From NCBI GenBank assembly GCA_943787795.1, contig CALSNU010000004.1, forward strand, positions 64,001 through 128,000: a DNA stretch of 64,000 bases, written 5' to 3'. The notes below the pieces were generated by a model. It was not told the origin of the DNA. It made no database searches and saw only the letters and a list, made by a program, of their open reading frames with translations. This document shows positions 26,223 through 35,352 of this stretch, in pieces. The translations under genes were made by a program, and so were the position numbers. Source of the DNA: an uncultured bacterium. Lineage in GTDB: Bacteria > Planctomycetota > UBA1135 > GCA-002686595. Position 1 is the first letter of the stretch, and every line of letters begins with the position of its first letter.

Positions 26223-27554
26223 CTACCGAACCAAGCCGTCAGGATCCCCATCCCCCACGATCTGTCTCCGCCACGCCTCCAGCTCCTCGAGCGCGCGCTG
26301 CTCGCGCATCGCCAACCGCTGCAGCTCCGCCTCGCTCGCCCCGTCGACGCCCTGCCCCTCGGGGCGCTCGCCGCGCACCCCCCAGGTGCCACGCACGACG
26401 TTCCGGAAGGCGAGGCTCGCCTGCGCCGCGCCCCCCAGCTGCCAGTCCCGCACGGGGTCTGGCCCGAGCGGGGTGACCTCGATGGCGAGGTCGAGGTGGC
26501 CCTGGCGGGCATCCGCAAGGCGCGCGAGGAGCCGATGCGGTCCACCCCGCGGCCCGACCTCGAACTGGACGGCGGGCGGGCTCGGCCCGCCCAGACCGGG
26601 AAGCTGCATGAGGTCATGCAGGTGCACACCCGCACGACAGAGGGAGGCCGCGGGTCGCTCCCCAGGGAGCTCGGGGTGAGGAACGCCCCAGAAGGCCACG
26701 CGCCGCTCCGCACCCGCCCCCGTGAGGAAGCGCGCGCTGGCCTCCTCCTCCGGCACGATGCCCTCCAGCCAGACGACCGCGGCGGGGAGGCTCAGCTCAT
26801 CGCAGCGCCGCCTGCCGGCGGCCACCTCCTCGGCAGAGCAGGTGGCGAGGTGAACGTGGGCGAAGCGCGGCGCGTCCTCCCGCGAGGCGATCCAGCGCAG
26901 GGCGTCCATCAGGCCACCGGCGCGCGGCGCGGCGTCCCCGCGTGCCCAGCCCGGGAGGTCCTCACCGCCGAAGAGGGCGCACTCGAAGCCGAGGGCGCCC
27001 TGGTGTTCGCCGACGGTCCATGGCCCGTCGCGCGGGCGGGGTGAGCCCCGGCCCGCCCCGAGAGGCCACCCCATCTCAAGGGGGTGACGTCCCGTGAGGA
27101 CCCCCGCCAGATTCCCCGGGAGGTGCGTGGCAGGTGCGATCCACAGCATCTCAGTCCAGACGTCCCGCTCGTGCCGAGCCGCGTCCTCGACGGTCACGAG
27201 GAGCCATCCCGACGAGCGGTCCAGCTGCTCCCTCGACAGGGGTGCGGGGGGCTCGGCTCCCCGCGAGAGGACCCAGCCTCCGCCGAGGATCAACGCCACC
27301 AGGAGCACGCGAGCGAGCCCGCGACCTCGAGCTCCGCGGAGCGCGACCGCACCGCAGGCGAGGAGGGCGGCGCCGCCCAAGGCCGCCACGGCATCGGACG
27401 GACCGACCCCGCCGGCGAGGAATCCCAGGGCCAGCCCGGCCGCGGCACCGACCGCGCCCCCGCCAAGGGCCAGCCGCGCCGAGGACCGCCGCGGAATGGA
27501 CCCACCCGGCGCGGCGTCGGGCTCGAGAGGATTCGGGGTCACCGGGGTCGGCAT
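26223..27554 (-). CDS. Membrane-anchored degenerate sulfatase/alkaline-phosphatase-fold protein
   Basis: N-terminal hydrophobic helices; segments colinear with the neighbouring sulfatase-fold gene but catalytic residues lost. Confidence 0.6.
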   Translation of the reverse strand: MPTPVTPNPLEPDAAPGGSIPRRSSARLALGGGAVGAAAGLALGFLAGGVGPSDAVAALGGAALLACGAVALRGARGRGLARVLLVALILGGGWVLSRGAEPPAPLSREQLDRSSGWLLVTVEDAARHERDVWTEMLWIAPATHLPGNLAGVLTGRHPLEMGWPLGAGRGSPRPRDGPWTVGEHQGALGFECALFGGEDLPGWARGDAAPRAGGLMDALRWIASREDAPRFAHVHLATCSAEEVAAGRRRCDELSLPAAVVWLEGIVPEEEASARFLTGAGAERRVAFWGVPHPELPGERPAASLCRAGVHLHDLMQLPGLGGPSPPAVQFEVGPRGGPHRLLARLADARQGHLDLAIEVTPLGPDPVRDWQLGGAAQASLAFRNVVRGTWGVRGERPEGQGVDGASEAELQRLAMREQRALEELEAWRRQIVGDGDPDGLVR

Positions 27555-27572
27555 GGGGCCTAGCCTAGGGCC
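27555..27572. promoter_or_regulatory. Bidirectional overlapping -10 elements driving two divergent leaderless genes
   Basis: CAT-GGGGCC-TAGCCTA-GGGCC-ATG: + strand TAGCCT-N6-ATG, - strand TAGGCT-N7-ATG. Confidence 0.65.
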
Positions 27573-29396
27573 ATGGGGATCTCATCGTCCATGCGCTTCG
27601 TCGCGCCCTTCGCCGTCGCCGCGGCGCTGATGGCGTGGATGGCACGCGTCCCCGACGTTGGCCCCTGGACCCTCGGGGGGCTCGTACCGCGCCTCGGCCC
27701 CCCCACGCTCACGGCCCTCACAGGCGCGGCCATCGGCGCGGCCCTCACCGTACGGGCCGGCCGCCTCCGAGGGGCCATCCTCGGCGGGCTGCTCGGAGCG
27801 CTGTGGTCCCTGGCCCTGTTCCAGCTCCTCGATCTGGACGTGCCGCGGCGCCGCGGGGTGCTCATGGCGGTGGGATCATCCGCCATCGTCTCCGCCCTCG
27901 CCGCGTGGCTCAACCGCGCCGGCGGCGTCGCCCGCGCCGCCGCGGTGACCGGCCTCGGCCTCGCCGCGCTCGCCGGCATGGGCGCCGCGGACCGCGGACC
28001 GGTGCGGACCGAACTCCCGCCGCTGGAGGCGTCCTTCCCCCCGCTCTCCTCCGACGCCCCCGACATCGTCCTCCTGACCCTGGACACGACACGGTTCGAC
28101 GCCGTGGGCTTCCACCAGCCCGCTGGGTCCTACGACCCCGCCCGGAGCGCGACGCCGCACCTCGACGAGCTCTCCAGCTTCGGGGTGCGCTTCACCGCCG
28201 CCACCGCTCCCGCCCCCCACACTCACCCGTCGGTGGCCTCGATGCTCTCCGGCCTCGACCCCGCCGTGCACGGGTCGGTGAGCGGCGCGCCGATGCTCGC
28301 CCAGGGCGTCGTCACCCTGGCCGAACACCTGCGCGCCCAGGGCTACGCCACGGCGGGGTTTCTGGACAACCCCTGGCTCGGGGAGACGTTCGGGCTGGCC
28401 CGCGGCTACGAGCACCTGGAGATGAACGCGCGTCCCGAGCGGGTGATCCGCTGGCTGAACGAGCCCAGGGATCAGCCGATCTTCCTGCACGTGCACTTCT
28501 TCCAGCCCCACGGCCCCTACGAGCGTCGGGACGTCGAGGCCCTGGGCGGTCCCCGCGCGACGGCTGAGACCCGCGCGCGGATCGGGGACCGGTTCGACGC
28601 GAACCGGATCCGGGACGGTGAGGTCCCGGGGAGCCACGGGCTGACGCCGGAGGAGCTTGACTGGCTGCGGGAGCTCTACCACTCCGAGGTCCGCGCCATG
28701 GACGCCGACATCGGAGTGGTGCTCGAGCAGCTCACGAAGCGCCGCCGCTCATTGATGCTCGCGGTGGCCGCCGACCACGGGGAGGAGTTCGACGAGCGCG
28801 GCTCCCTCCACCACTCCCACACCGTGCACCAGGAGCTGGTGCACGTCCCCCTCATGATCCACGGGCCCGGCGGTCGGGCCCACGGTCCCGCCGAGGTGCA
28901 CGACCCCGTGGGGCTCGTGGACCTGGCGCCGACGATCCTGGACCTCGCCGCCCTCGCTCCGCTCCCGAACGTGGGAACGGGTGTGAGCCTCGCGCCGCTC
29001 ATGGGCGCAGACCGGGATGCGACCGCGGGGCCCCCCGCGCCGCGGCTGATCGTCAGCCAGCGCGAGCGTCACGCCGGCGGGCGGCGGCTCCTCGCGGCTC
29101 GGCTCGGGTCCTGGAAGCTCCATGTGCGCACGCCGCCGGCGGAGGCCGGCGCGGCGCTGGCCCCCGACGAGGAGCTCGACCTCATGCTCTACCGCCTCGA
29201 CCTCGACCCGTCGGAGTCCTCGGACGTGGCGACCGACCACCCGGACAAGGTGCGAGAGCTCCTGGGCGCGCTCCGCCGGTGGGACACGCGGACCCGGGAG
29301 CAGGCGGGCCGGCTCGGCGGCAGCTCCCCCGACGAGCCCATCCCCGCGGCCGTGGACGCCAACCTCAAGGCGCTCGGCTACGGCGGCGGCCGCTGA
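27573..29396 (+). CDS. Sulfatase/alkaline-phosphatase superfamily protein with N-terminal membrane domain (Thr nucleophile)
   Basis: DIVLLTLDTTRFD, APHTHPSVASMLSG, LAEHLRAQGYATAGF, HFFQPHGPY, AADHGEEF, VHVPLMI, GLVDLAPTILDL, LKALGY. Confidence 0.9.
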   Translation: MGISSSMRFVAPFAVAAALMAWMARVPDVGPWTLGGLVPRLGPPTLTALTGAAIGAALTVRAGRLRGAILGGLLGALWSLALFQLLDLDVPRRRGVLMAVGSSAIVSALAAWLNRAGGVARAAAVTGLGLAALAGMGAADRGPVRTELPPLEASFPPLSSDAPDIVLLTLDTTRFDAVGFHQPAGSYDPARSATPHLDELSSFGVRFTAATAPAPHTHPSVASMLSGLDPAVHGSVSGAPMLAQGVVTLAEHLRAQGYATAGFLDNPWLGETFGLARGYEHLEMNARPERVIRWLNEPRDQPIFLHVHFFQPHGPYERRDVEALGGPRATAETRARIGDRFDANRIRDGEVPGSHGLTPEELDWLRELYHSEVRAMDADIGVVLEQLTKRRRSLMLAVAADHGEEFDERGSLHHSHTVHQELVHVPLMIHGPGGRAHGPAEVHDPVGLVDLAPTILDLAALAPLPNVGTGVSLAPLMGADRDATAGPPAPRLIVSQRERHAGGRRLLAARLGSWKLHVRTPPAEAGAALAPDEELDLMLYRLDLDPSESSDVATDHPDKVRELLGALRRWDTRTREQAGRLGGSSPDEPIPAAVDANLKALGYGGGR

Positions 29397-29431
29397 TCCA
29401 GCGGCCGCCCGGCGGGCTCACTCCCTGGAGG

Positions 29432-29947
29432 TCACTCGGCCTCGGGCGCCGCGAGGGTGACGAGCTTGTCCCCCGCCCCCACCGCGTCGCCCGCTGACGC
29501 GTGCAGCGCCTTGACGATCCCGTCGCCAGGCGCGCCGATTTCGTTCTGCATCTTCATGGCCTCCAGGATCAGCAGCGGCTGGCCCTCGGTGACGGCCTCG
29601 CCGGCCTGGACGAGCACCTCCACGACCACGCCGGGCATCACGGCCTTGAGCAGGCCGCCGCCCTTGTTGGCCGCCCGCGCCGCCAGGTTGGCCGCGCGCT
29701 CCCGCTCGTCCTCCAGCTCGCAGTCGTAGCGATGGCCGGCGATGGTGATCGCGATGTCATGGGGCCCGCCCTCGATGGACATGGCGTAGCTCTTGCCATC
29801 GTGGATGAGGACGATCTGCCCGAGCTTGTCGGCCTCGGCGTACTCCACCTCACAGCGTTCGCCGTCGAGGTGGACGATGAGCTCGCCCAGGCGCTCGGTC
29901 AACTCGACCTCGTGCGTGGTCTCTCCAAACTTGACGAAGGTCTTCAC
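29432..29947 (-). CDS. Biotin carboxyl carrier protein (biotinyl domain)
   Basis: EAMKMQNEI biotinylation motif; GTG start overlaps the carboxylase stop (GTGA). Confidence 0.92.
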   Translation of the reverse strand: MKTFVKFGETTHEVELTERLGELIVHLDGERCEVEYAEADKLGQIVLIHDGKSYAMSIEGGPHDIAITIAGHRYDCELEDERERAANLAARAANKGGGLLKAVMPGVVVEVLVQAGEAVTEGQPLLILEAMKMQNEIGAPGDGIVKALHASAGDAVGAGDKLVTLAAPEAE

Positions 29948-31467
29948 GGCTGCACCTCCGAGGCGGCGGCGACGCCGGCTCGACCCACGTGACCCGTGAG
30001 CTCCCCGCGCGTTCGCGCCTGCCAGCCTGAACGCCCCGCGGCGCTCGGCGCCAGCGCCTTCCGTCGCGCCTGGTGGTGTCGATAGATGGCCGCCGCCACC
30101 GCGGCGAGCCCCTCGTACTCCTTGGGAGATTCGATGGTCAGGCCCTCCAGGAAGTGCGTGTCGTAATCGCCCGAGATGAAGCGCTCGTGCATCAGCACCT
30201 GGAGCGCTGCCGGCAAGCTGGTGTGCACGCCGCCCACGTTCATCTCCCGAATGGCGCGGATCATCCGAGCGATCGCCTCCTCCCGGTCGGCACCCCAGAC
30301 GATGAGCTTGCCGAGCATCGGGTCGTACTCGAGCCCCACCTCGAGGCCGCGATACATGGCGGTGTCCAGCCGGACCCACGGCCCGCCGGGCGCGCGGAGG
30401 TTGTGGAGGACGCCCGTGGAGGGAAGGAAGCCGTTGAAGGGGTCCTCGGCGTTGATCCGCACCTCGATCGAGTGCCCGCGGATGGAGAGGTCCTCCTGGC
30501 CATAGCCCAGGGGCTGACCGTCCGCGACGCGCAGCTGCTCCCGGACGAGATCCACGCCCGTGATCATCTCGGTCACGGGGTGCTCCACCTGGAGGCGGGT
30601 GTTCATCTCGAGGAAGAAGAACTCCCCGCCAGACCAGAGAAACTCGACCGTGCCGGCACCGCAGTAGTTCACGGCGTGTCCGGCCTGGAGCGCGACCTCG
30701 CCCATAGCCCGCCGCGACTCTTCATCGAGGATGCTCGAGGGAGCCTCCTCGACGAGCTTCTGGTGCCGGCGCTGGACCGAGCACTCGCGCTCGAAGAAGT
30801 GCACCCCGTTGCCGTGCCCGTCGAACATCACCTGGACCTCCACGTGGCGCGGGGAATCGAGGTAGCGCTCGAGGTAGACACGGCCGTCGCCGAAGGAGGC
30901 GACCGCCTCGCCCGAGGCCGTGCGGAAGGCAGAGGCCATCTCGCTCGGCTCGCGCACGATCCGGATGCCCTTGCCGCCGCCGCCCGCGGCCGCCTTGATC
31001 GCGATGGGATAGCCAATGGCCTCCGCTTCGCGGGTCGCCGCCTCCACGTCGTCCACGGGGTCCACGAGCCCCGGGACACAGGGGACGCCCGCCTTCTTCA
31101 TCTCCCGCCGAGAGATGATCTTGTCCCCCATGGTCGTGATCGCATTGGCGGGCGGCCCGATCCAGGCGAGGCCGGCCTCGGCCACCCGGCGCGCGAACTC
31201 CGCGTTCTCGCTCAGGAACCCGTAGCCCGGATGGATCGCCTCGGCGCCGGTCTCTCGAGCCGCCGCCAGGATCTTGTCCATATCGAGGTAGCTCTCGGAG
31301 GGCAGCTTGCCCCCAAGCGGGACGGCCACGTCTGCCATGCGCGTGTGCAGGGCTCGCGCGTCCGCTTCGGAGTACACGGCGATGGACTCAATGCCCATCT
31401 CACGAGCGGACCGGATCACGCGCAGCGCGATCTCTCCACGATTAGCAATGAGGATACGTTTGAACAT
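29944..31467 (-). CDS. accC: Biotin carboxylase subunit (acetyl/propionyl-CoA carboxylase family)
   Basis: MFKRILIANRGEIA, HPGYGFLSEN, GGGGKG, RECSVQRRHQK, EMNTRLQVEHPVTE. Confidence 0.93.
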   Translation of the reverse strand: MFKRILIANRGEIALRVIRSAREMGIESIAVYSEADARALHTRMADVAVPLGGKLPSESYLDMDKILAAARETGAEAIHPGYGFLSENAEFARRVAEAGLAWIGPPANAITTMGDKIISRREMKKAGVPCVPGLVDPVDDVEAATREAEAIGYPIAIKAAAGGGGKGIRIVREPSEMASAFRTASGEAVASFGDGRVYLERYLDSPRHVEVQVMFDGHGNGVHFFERECSVQRRHQKLVEEAPSSILDEESRRAMGEVALQAGHAVNYCGAGTVEFLWSGGEFFFLEMNTRLQVEHPVTEMITGVDLVREQLRVADGQPLGYGQEDLSIRGHSIEVRINAEDPFNGFLPSTGVLHNLRAPGGPWVRLDTAMYRGLEVGLEYDPMLGKLIVWGADREEAIARMIRAIREMNVGGVHTSLPAALQVLMHERFISGDYDTHFLEGLTIESPKEYEGLAAVAAAIYRHHQARRKALAPSAAGRSGWQARTRGELTGHVGRAGVAAASEVQP

Positions 31468-31599
31468 GCGTTCGGGGTCGTGGGCCAGGGGGGCCGCAGC
31501 GAGTGGCCGAAGATTGTCCGCAACGGCCACCGCTCACGCCATAGTCAAGGCGCTGCAATCCGCCGCATCGGTTCGAAGGCGTGGGCCGAATAGAACCTG

Positions 31600-32745
31600 A
31601 TGGGACGACACTTCACAACACGGCAGCCAGGCGCTCGCGGACTCGCCGCTGCCCTGTGGCTCTGCGCGCTCGCGATGGCGAGCTGCACCTCGACCCGCCC
31701 CGTGGAAGAGGTCCTCGTGACACCGAACCTCGCCGGGCCAGGAGCTGAGGTCAGCGGGCCGGCGGTTGCAGTCACCGGGCCGGAGGCTGAGATCACCCAT
31801 CCTGTAACCGGGTCCAGTGGGCAAGCGAGCTCGGCCGCGGCCGCCCCCCGGACCGGGGAAGACTCTGCCGAGACTCGAGAGTCGGCGGCGTCACCTGGGG
31901 ACGCCTCGGCCACGGGCCCCCCCGACCTTGACTCACGCCCCACCAGCGCGCCCAGCGCCTCGCTGTCAGGGGAGCTCACTCCCGCCGACCAAGCGGCCCT
32001 GGCACCGCTCGCGCGTCTTCGGCTGCAGCAGTCCAGGGTCGAGTGCTCGGCGTTGCTGACGAAGGCACGCGCAGCTGACGCCAGCTACGAGACCCTGATG
32101 GCCGCCGCCCGCGCGCTCGTCCTCAACGCGGACCTGCGCCTCCAGTCGACCCTCGCCCTCAACTCGACCCCCGCCGCGCTCCCGCCCCCTGAGGTCTTGA
32201 TTGACCTGGAGGACGAGGTCTCCTCCGAGCTCAAGTCGCAGATTCGCTCCCTCGCCTCGAGCTCCGCGAAGTTCGCCCAGCGTGCGCTCCGGCTGCGCCC
32301 CGAGGACCCGGCGGCAGAGCTCTTCAGCACCCTCGGGACCGGGCTGCGGCTCTGGTCGATGCCGACGCTGCAAGCACTCGCCAGCGGGGCCGCGACCACG
32401 CTCCCTGGACAGATCAAGCGGCTCGCCGCGACCAGCCCCGACTTCGAGGGGGCCTCTCCGCTGCGACTGAAGGGGCGCTTCCAGTCCCGGGCGCCGTGGC
32501 CGTTCAAGGACCTCGAGCAGGGCCGGGACACCCTCGCGGCCGCGGTCGACGTCGCCCCCATCCCGCTCAACCTGCTCTTCCTCGGCGACGCCCACTGGCT
32601 CTGCGGTGAGAAGGAGGCGGCGCTGGAGCGCTGGCGCGAAGCCACGATCGCCGAGGCCGACGCGGAGACCGAGGTGGCATCCCCCTTCATCCGTGAGATC
32701 GCTCGCCTGCGCATCGAGAGCGCCAAGCTGGAAGCCGAGCGCTAG
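31600..32745 (+). CDS. Hypothetical lipoprotein with C-terminal TPR-like helices
   Basis: Signal ending LAMASC (lipobox-like), low-complexity linker, helical repeats (LLFLGDAHWLCGEKEAALERW). Confidence 0.65.
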   Translation: MGRHFTTRQPGARGLAAALWLCALAMASCTSTRPVEEVLVTPNLAGPGAEVSGPAVAVTGPEAEITHPVTGSSGQASSAAAAPRTGEDSAETRESAASPGDASATGPPDLDSRPTSAPSASLSGELTPADQAALAPLARLRLQQSRVECSALLTKARAADASYETLMAAARALVLNADLRLQSTLALNSTPAALPPPEVLIDLEDEVSSELKSQIRSLASSSAKFAQRALRLRPEDPAAELFSTLGTGLRLWSMPTLQALASGAATTLPGQIKRLAATSPDFEGASPLRLKGRFQSRAPWPFKDLEQGRDTLAAAVDVAPIPLNLLFLGDAHWLCGEKEAALERWREATIAEADAETEVASPFIREIARLRIESAKLEAER

Positions 32746-32752
32746 GCCGAGG

Positions 32753-33877
32753 TCAGTCCACGCGCAGGGCCAGGGCGTTGCTGGCATCGACCCCGACAGC
32801 GGACGGGGCCCACGAGCAGCGGAGCTCCTCGAGGCGGCGCTGGGCCGCGGGAAGCACCTCGACCAGGCGTTCCAATGGCGCGAGGCCGATGCGCTGTCCT
32901 CGCGCCCTGCGCTCGAGGACCTCGGTGCGTGCGGAGACGAGCACGAGAGCGTCCGCGGCGGCCAGTGCGGCGCTGGCCTCGTCCAGGTGAACGTCCGCAA
33001 TCTGGGCCACCCCCTCTCTCCGCGACCAGGCGGAGCCGGCGTCGCTGACCTGGTCACCGCTCGAGACCCGCACAGCCGGGAGACCAGGGGCTGCGAATGA
33101 CGCCGCCAGATCCGCCGCGACGCTGCTGCTGCCAGCGAGCGGGAGGCCGGTCACCACGATCCGCTGCGCCGCTCCCAGTCGCGCGCGGCACCTGACGATG
33201 GCCTCAGCCCGCGCCATGCAGGCGGGCACCAGCTGCTCCATCCCGGCGAGCACCGCCTCGGCCTCCACGCCGTCATCGCTTCCGCCGCCGTAGCCCCTTG
33301 GAATGTGCACGTGGGGCAGGCCATTCGCCCAGGCCGCGTCGCGGTCGCCTGCGCGGTCCCCGACCATCAAGGCGCGGCGGGTGCCGAAGGTGTGCAGCAG
33401 GTCCTCGATCATGTCGGCCTTGTCCCGGACACCGGGCGAGGCGAGGCAGCGCCCCTCCTCGATCCACTCATCGAGGCCCGCCCGACCGAGCATGAGCTCG
33501 AGGTACTCCGGCGCGCAGTTCGAGGCGATCCCGAGGCGCACCCCCTGTCCAGCGAGCTCCGCGAGGGTCTCCTTCACCCCGGCGAGGAGCGTCGCTCCGT
33601 GCCGCTCCAGCTGCGTATGACCCGCCTCGGAACAGGCCACGAGGAGGGCCGCGCGGGCGTCACCGTCGAGGTCGCTGAACGTCGACTCGAAGGCCTGCTC
33701 CAGGGGCATGCCGACCATGGCCATCCACTCCGCCACGCCCGGGACAGCCCGGGTGATCCCTCGCCTTCGAAAGACCTCCAGCGTCGCAGCCCGGGCGACG
33801 TCGGGCCAGAAGCGGTCCGTGGCCACGAGGGTGCCGTCGAGATCGAAGAGCACGGCATCGAAGGGAATTCTGTTCAC
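32753..33877 (-). CDS. HAD-family hydrolase with C-terminal degenerate P-loop-like domain
   Basis: FDLDGTL (motif I), IASN (II), DK (III), MVGDRAGD (IV); GTG start preceded by TACCAT. Confidence 0.85.
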   Translation of the reverse strand: MNRIPFDAVLFDLDGTLVATDRFWPDVARAATLEVFRRRGITRAVPGVAEWMAMVGMPLEQAFESTFSDLDGDARAALLVACSEAGHTQLERHGATLLAGVKETLAELAGQGVRLGIASNCAPEYLELMLGRAGLDEWIEEGRCLASPGVRDKADMIEDLLHTFGTRRALMVGDRAGDRDAAWANGLPHVHIPRGYGGGSDDGVEAEAVLAGMEQLVPACMARAEAIVRCRARLGAAQRIVVTGLPLAGSSSVAADLAASFAAPGLPAVRVSSGDQVSDAGSAWSRREGVAQIADVHLDEASAALAAADALVLVSARTEVLERRARGQRIGLAPLERLVEVLPAAQRRLEELRCSWAPSAVGVDASNALALRVD

Positions 33878-33920
33878 GGGGTCGCATGGTAGAGGCCCCG
33901 CTCGCCGGTACGATCCAGCC

Positions 33921-35348
33921 ATGGGCCTTTGTGTACCGACATCCGCCGTTCTCCTCTCGCTGCTCCCGGCCTCCTTCGCAGGAGGCCTCACGGGGTTGCC
34001 CGCGCGGAGCTCCACAACGACCCCGCTCCCCGCTGCTGGCAGCTCCACAGGGGAGGCCGCCGCTCCCTTGGCCTTGGGGGTCATCCAGGGCGACCGGCCC
34101 GCGGCAGAGCCGGCTGCGACGGCTAACCTCGAGGACTTGCTGACGGGCCTCTCCCGGTCGCCCCGGGTGGTGGGTACGCCGGCCCACGAGCGGGGGCTCG
34201 ACCTGGTCGAGGCGGCGCTCCGCGGCGCGGGCCTTCGACCGGAACGTCTGGAGGTCGAGGTCGCCCGCGCGATCCCGACACGCTCGGAGGTGCTGCTCTT
34301 CGAGGACGCCATCGCATCGGTGGCCTTCGCAGGACTCAAGGAACGCTGGGATCCCAAGGCGTCGCCCTCCGGGCCACTCCCCGCCGCCTACGCCTGGAAT
34401 GACCCGACGGCCAGATCACGGGGACCCGTCGTCGAGCTCGGAGGTGGGCTGGAGGCCGACTTCATCGAAGCTGAACGCCTGCGAATCTCCCTGGAGGGTG
34501 CGATCGCGCTCGTGACCGTCCCAGCCACACCCTGGGATCGCAGGACGTCGCTGCGGGCGATCGCGTCGCGAGCCGCCGACCGCGGCTGCGCCGGCGTCCT
34601 CGTCGCGCCGCTCCGACCGGGCGCCACCCGCGATGACTTCGTCCTCGCGGACATCCAGCCCGCGAGAGGCAACCCCGACGACCTCCGGCTCCCCCTCCCC
34701 TGCGCCCCCATCCGCAGCGCGGAGGCCGAGATGCTCCGGTCGCGCTTGAAGGTCCGCCGTGTGCGAGGCGCCAACGGCAAGGCGACGACGATCCGAGTCG
34801 GCCCGGGACCGGTGGAGGTGGCCCTGACGATCGAGTGCCCCGTGACCCAGGTGAGCGCGGGCGCTCTCCGGCTCGACGTCCCCTCGAGAGAGGGCGGGAC
34901 CCTCCACGTGGTCGCCTCGGACCACCGCACGGACCTGGCGCTCGGCGGGGCCCCGGCCCTGGCCGTCGCCGTCGGGGCAGCGGCCGCCCTCGGCGCGCCC
35001 GGGGACGGAGACACCGCCACCCTCTGGTTCGGCCCTCGCGGCGCCGCGCGCCCCGCCGGCCTCGGCGCGCCGGGCCTCCAACTGGACGCCGTGCTGGCGC
35101 CGCGCCCCGGTACGACGGTGATGCTCCGCCTCGGCCCCCTGGGCCCCTCGCGGCTCACTCCACTGCTGGACGAGTCCGGCCGGCAGCTCGCATCCCGGCT
35201 CGCGGGGCAGCTCGAGAAGCGCTTGGCCGCCGCCGTGAGCTGGACCAGCTACAGCATCACCGGGGCGAACCTCCCGCGGAAGCCGTCCGGCGCCCAAGCC
35301 GCCCGCGGACTGGAGCGCCTCCTGGCGCCGCTGCCGAGCGAACGCTGA
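33921..35348 (+). CDS. Exported PA-domain protein, degenerate M28/glutamate-carboxypeptidase-II-like
   Basis: PRVVGTP...AALRGAGL, GPVVELGGGLEADF...ISLEGAIALV, AADRGCAGVLV, LPCAPI, VGPGPVEV; start at ATG after TACGAT. Confidence 0.55.
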   Translation: MGLCVPTSAVLLSLLPASFAGGLTGLPARSSTTTPLPAAGSSTGEAAAPLALGVIQGDRPAAEPAATANLEDLLTGLSRSPRVVGTPAHERGLDLVEAALRGAGLRPERLEVEVARAIPTRSEVLLFEDAIASVAFAGLKERWDPKASPSGPLPAAYAWNDPTARSRGPVVELGGGLEADFIEAERLRISLEGAIALVTVPATPWDRRTSLRAIASRAADRGCAGVLVAPLRPGATRDDFVLADIQPARGNPDDLRLPLPCAPIRSAEAEMLRSRLKVRRVRGANGKATTIRVGPGPVEVALTIECPVTQVSAGALRLDVPSREGGTLHVVASDHRTDLALGGAPALAVAVGAAAALGAPGDGDTATLWFGPRGAARPAGLGAPGLQLDAVLAPRPGTTVMLRLGPLGPSRLTPLLDESGRQLASRLAGQLEKRLAAAVSWTSYSITGANLPRKPSGAQAARGLERLLAPLPSER

Positions 35349-35352
35349 GCCG

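Noticed and set aside
29432..30379. Possible frameshifted carboxylase-BCCP fusion
   Set aside because: Clean GTGA stop/start overlap with upstream GGAGG indicates two translationally coupled genes
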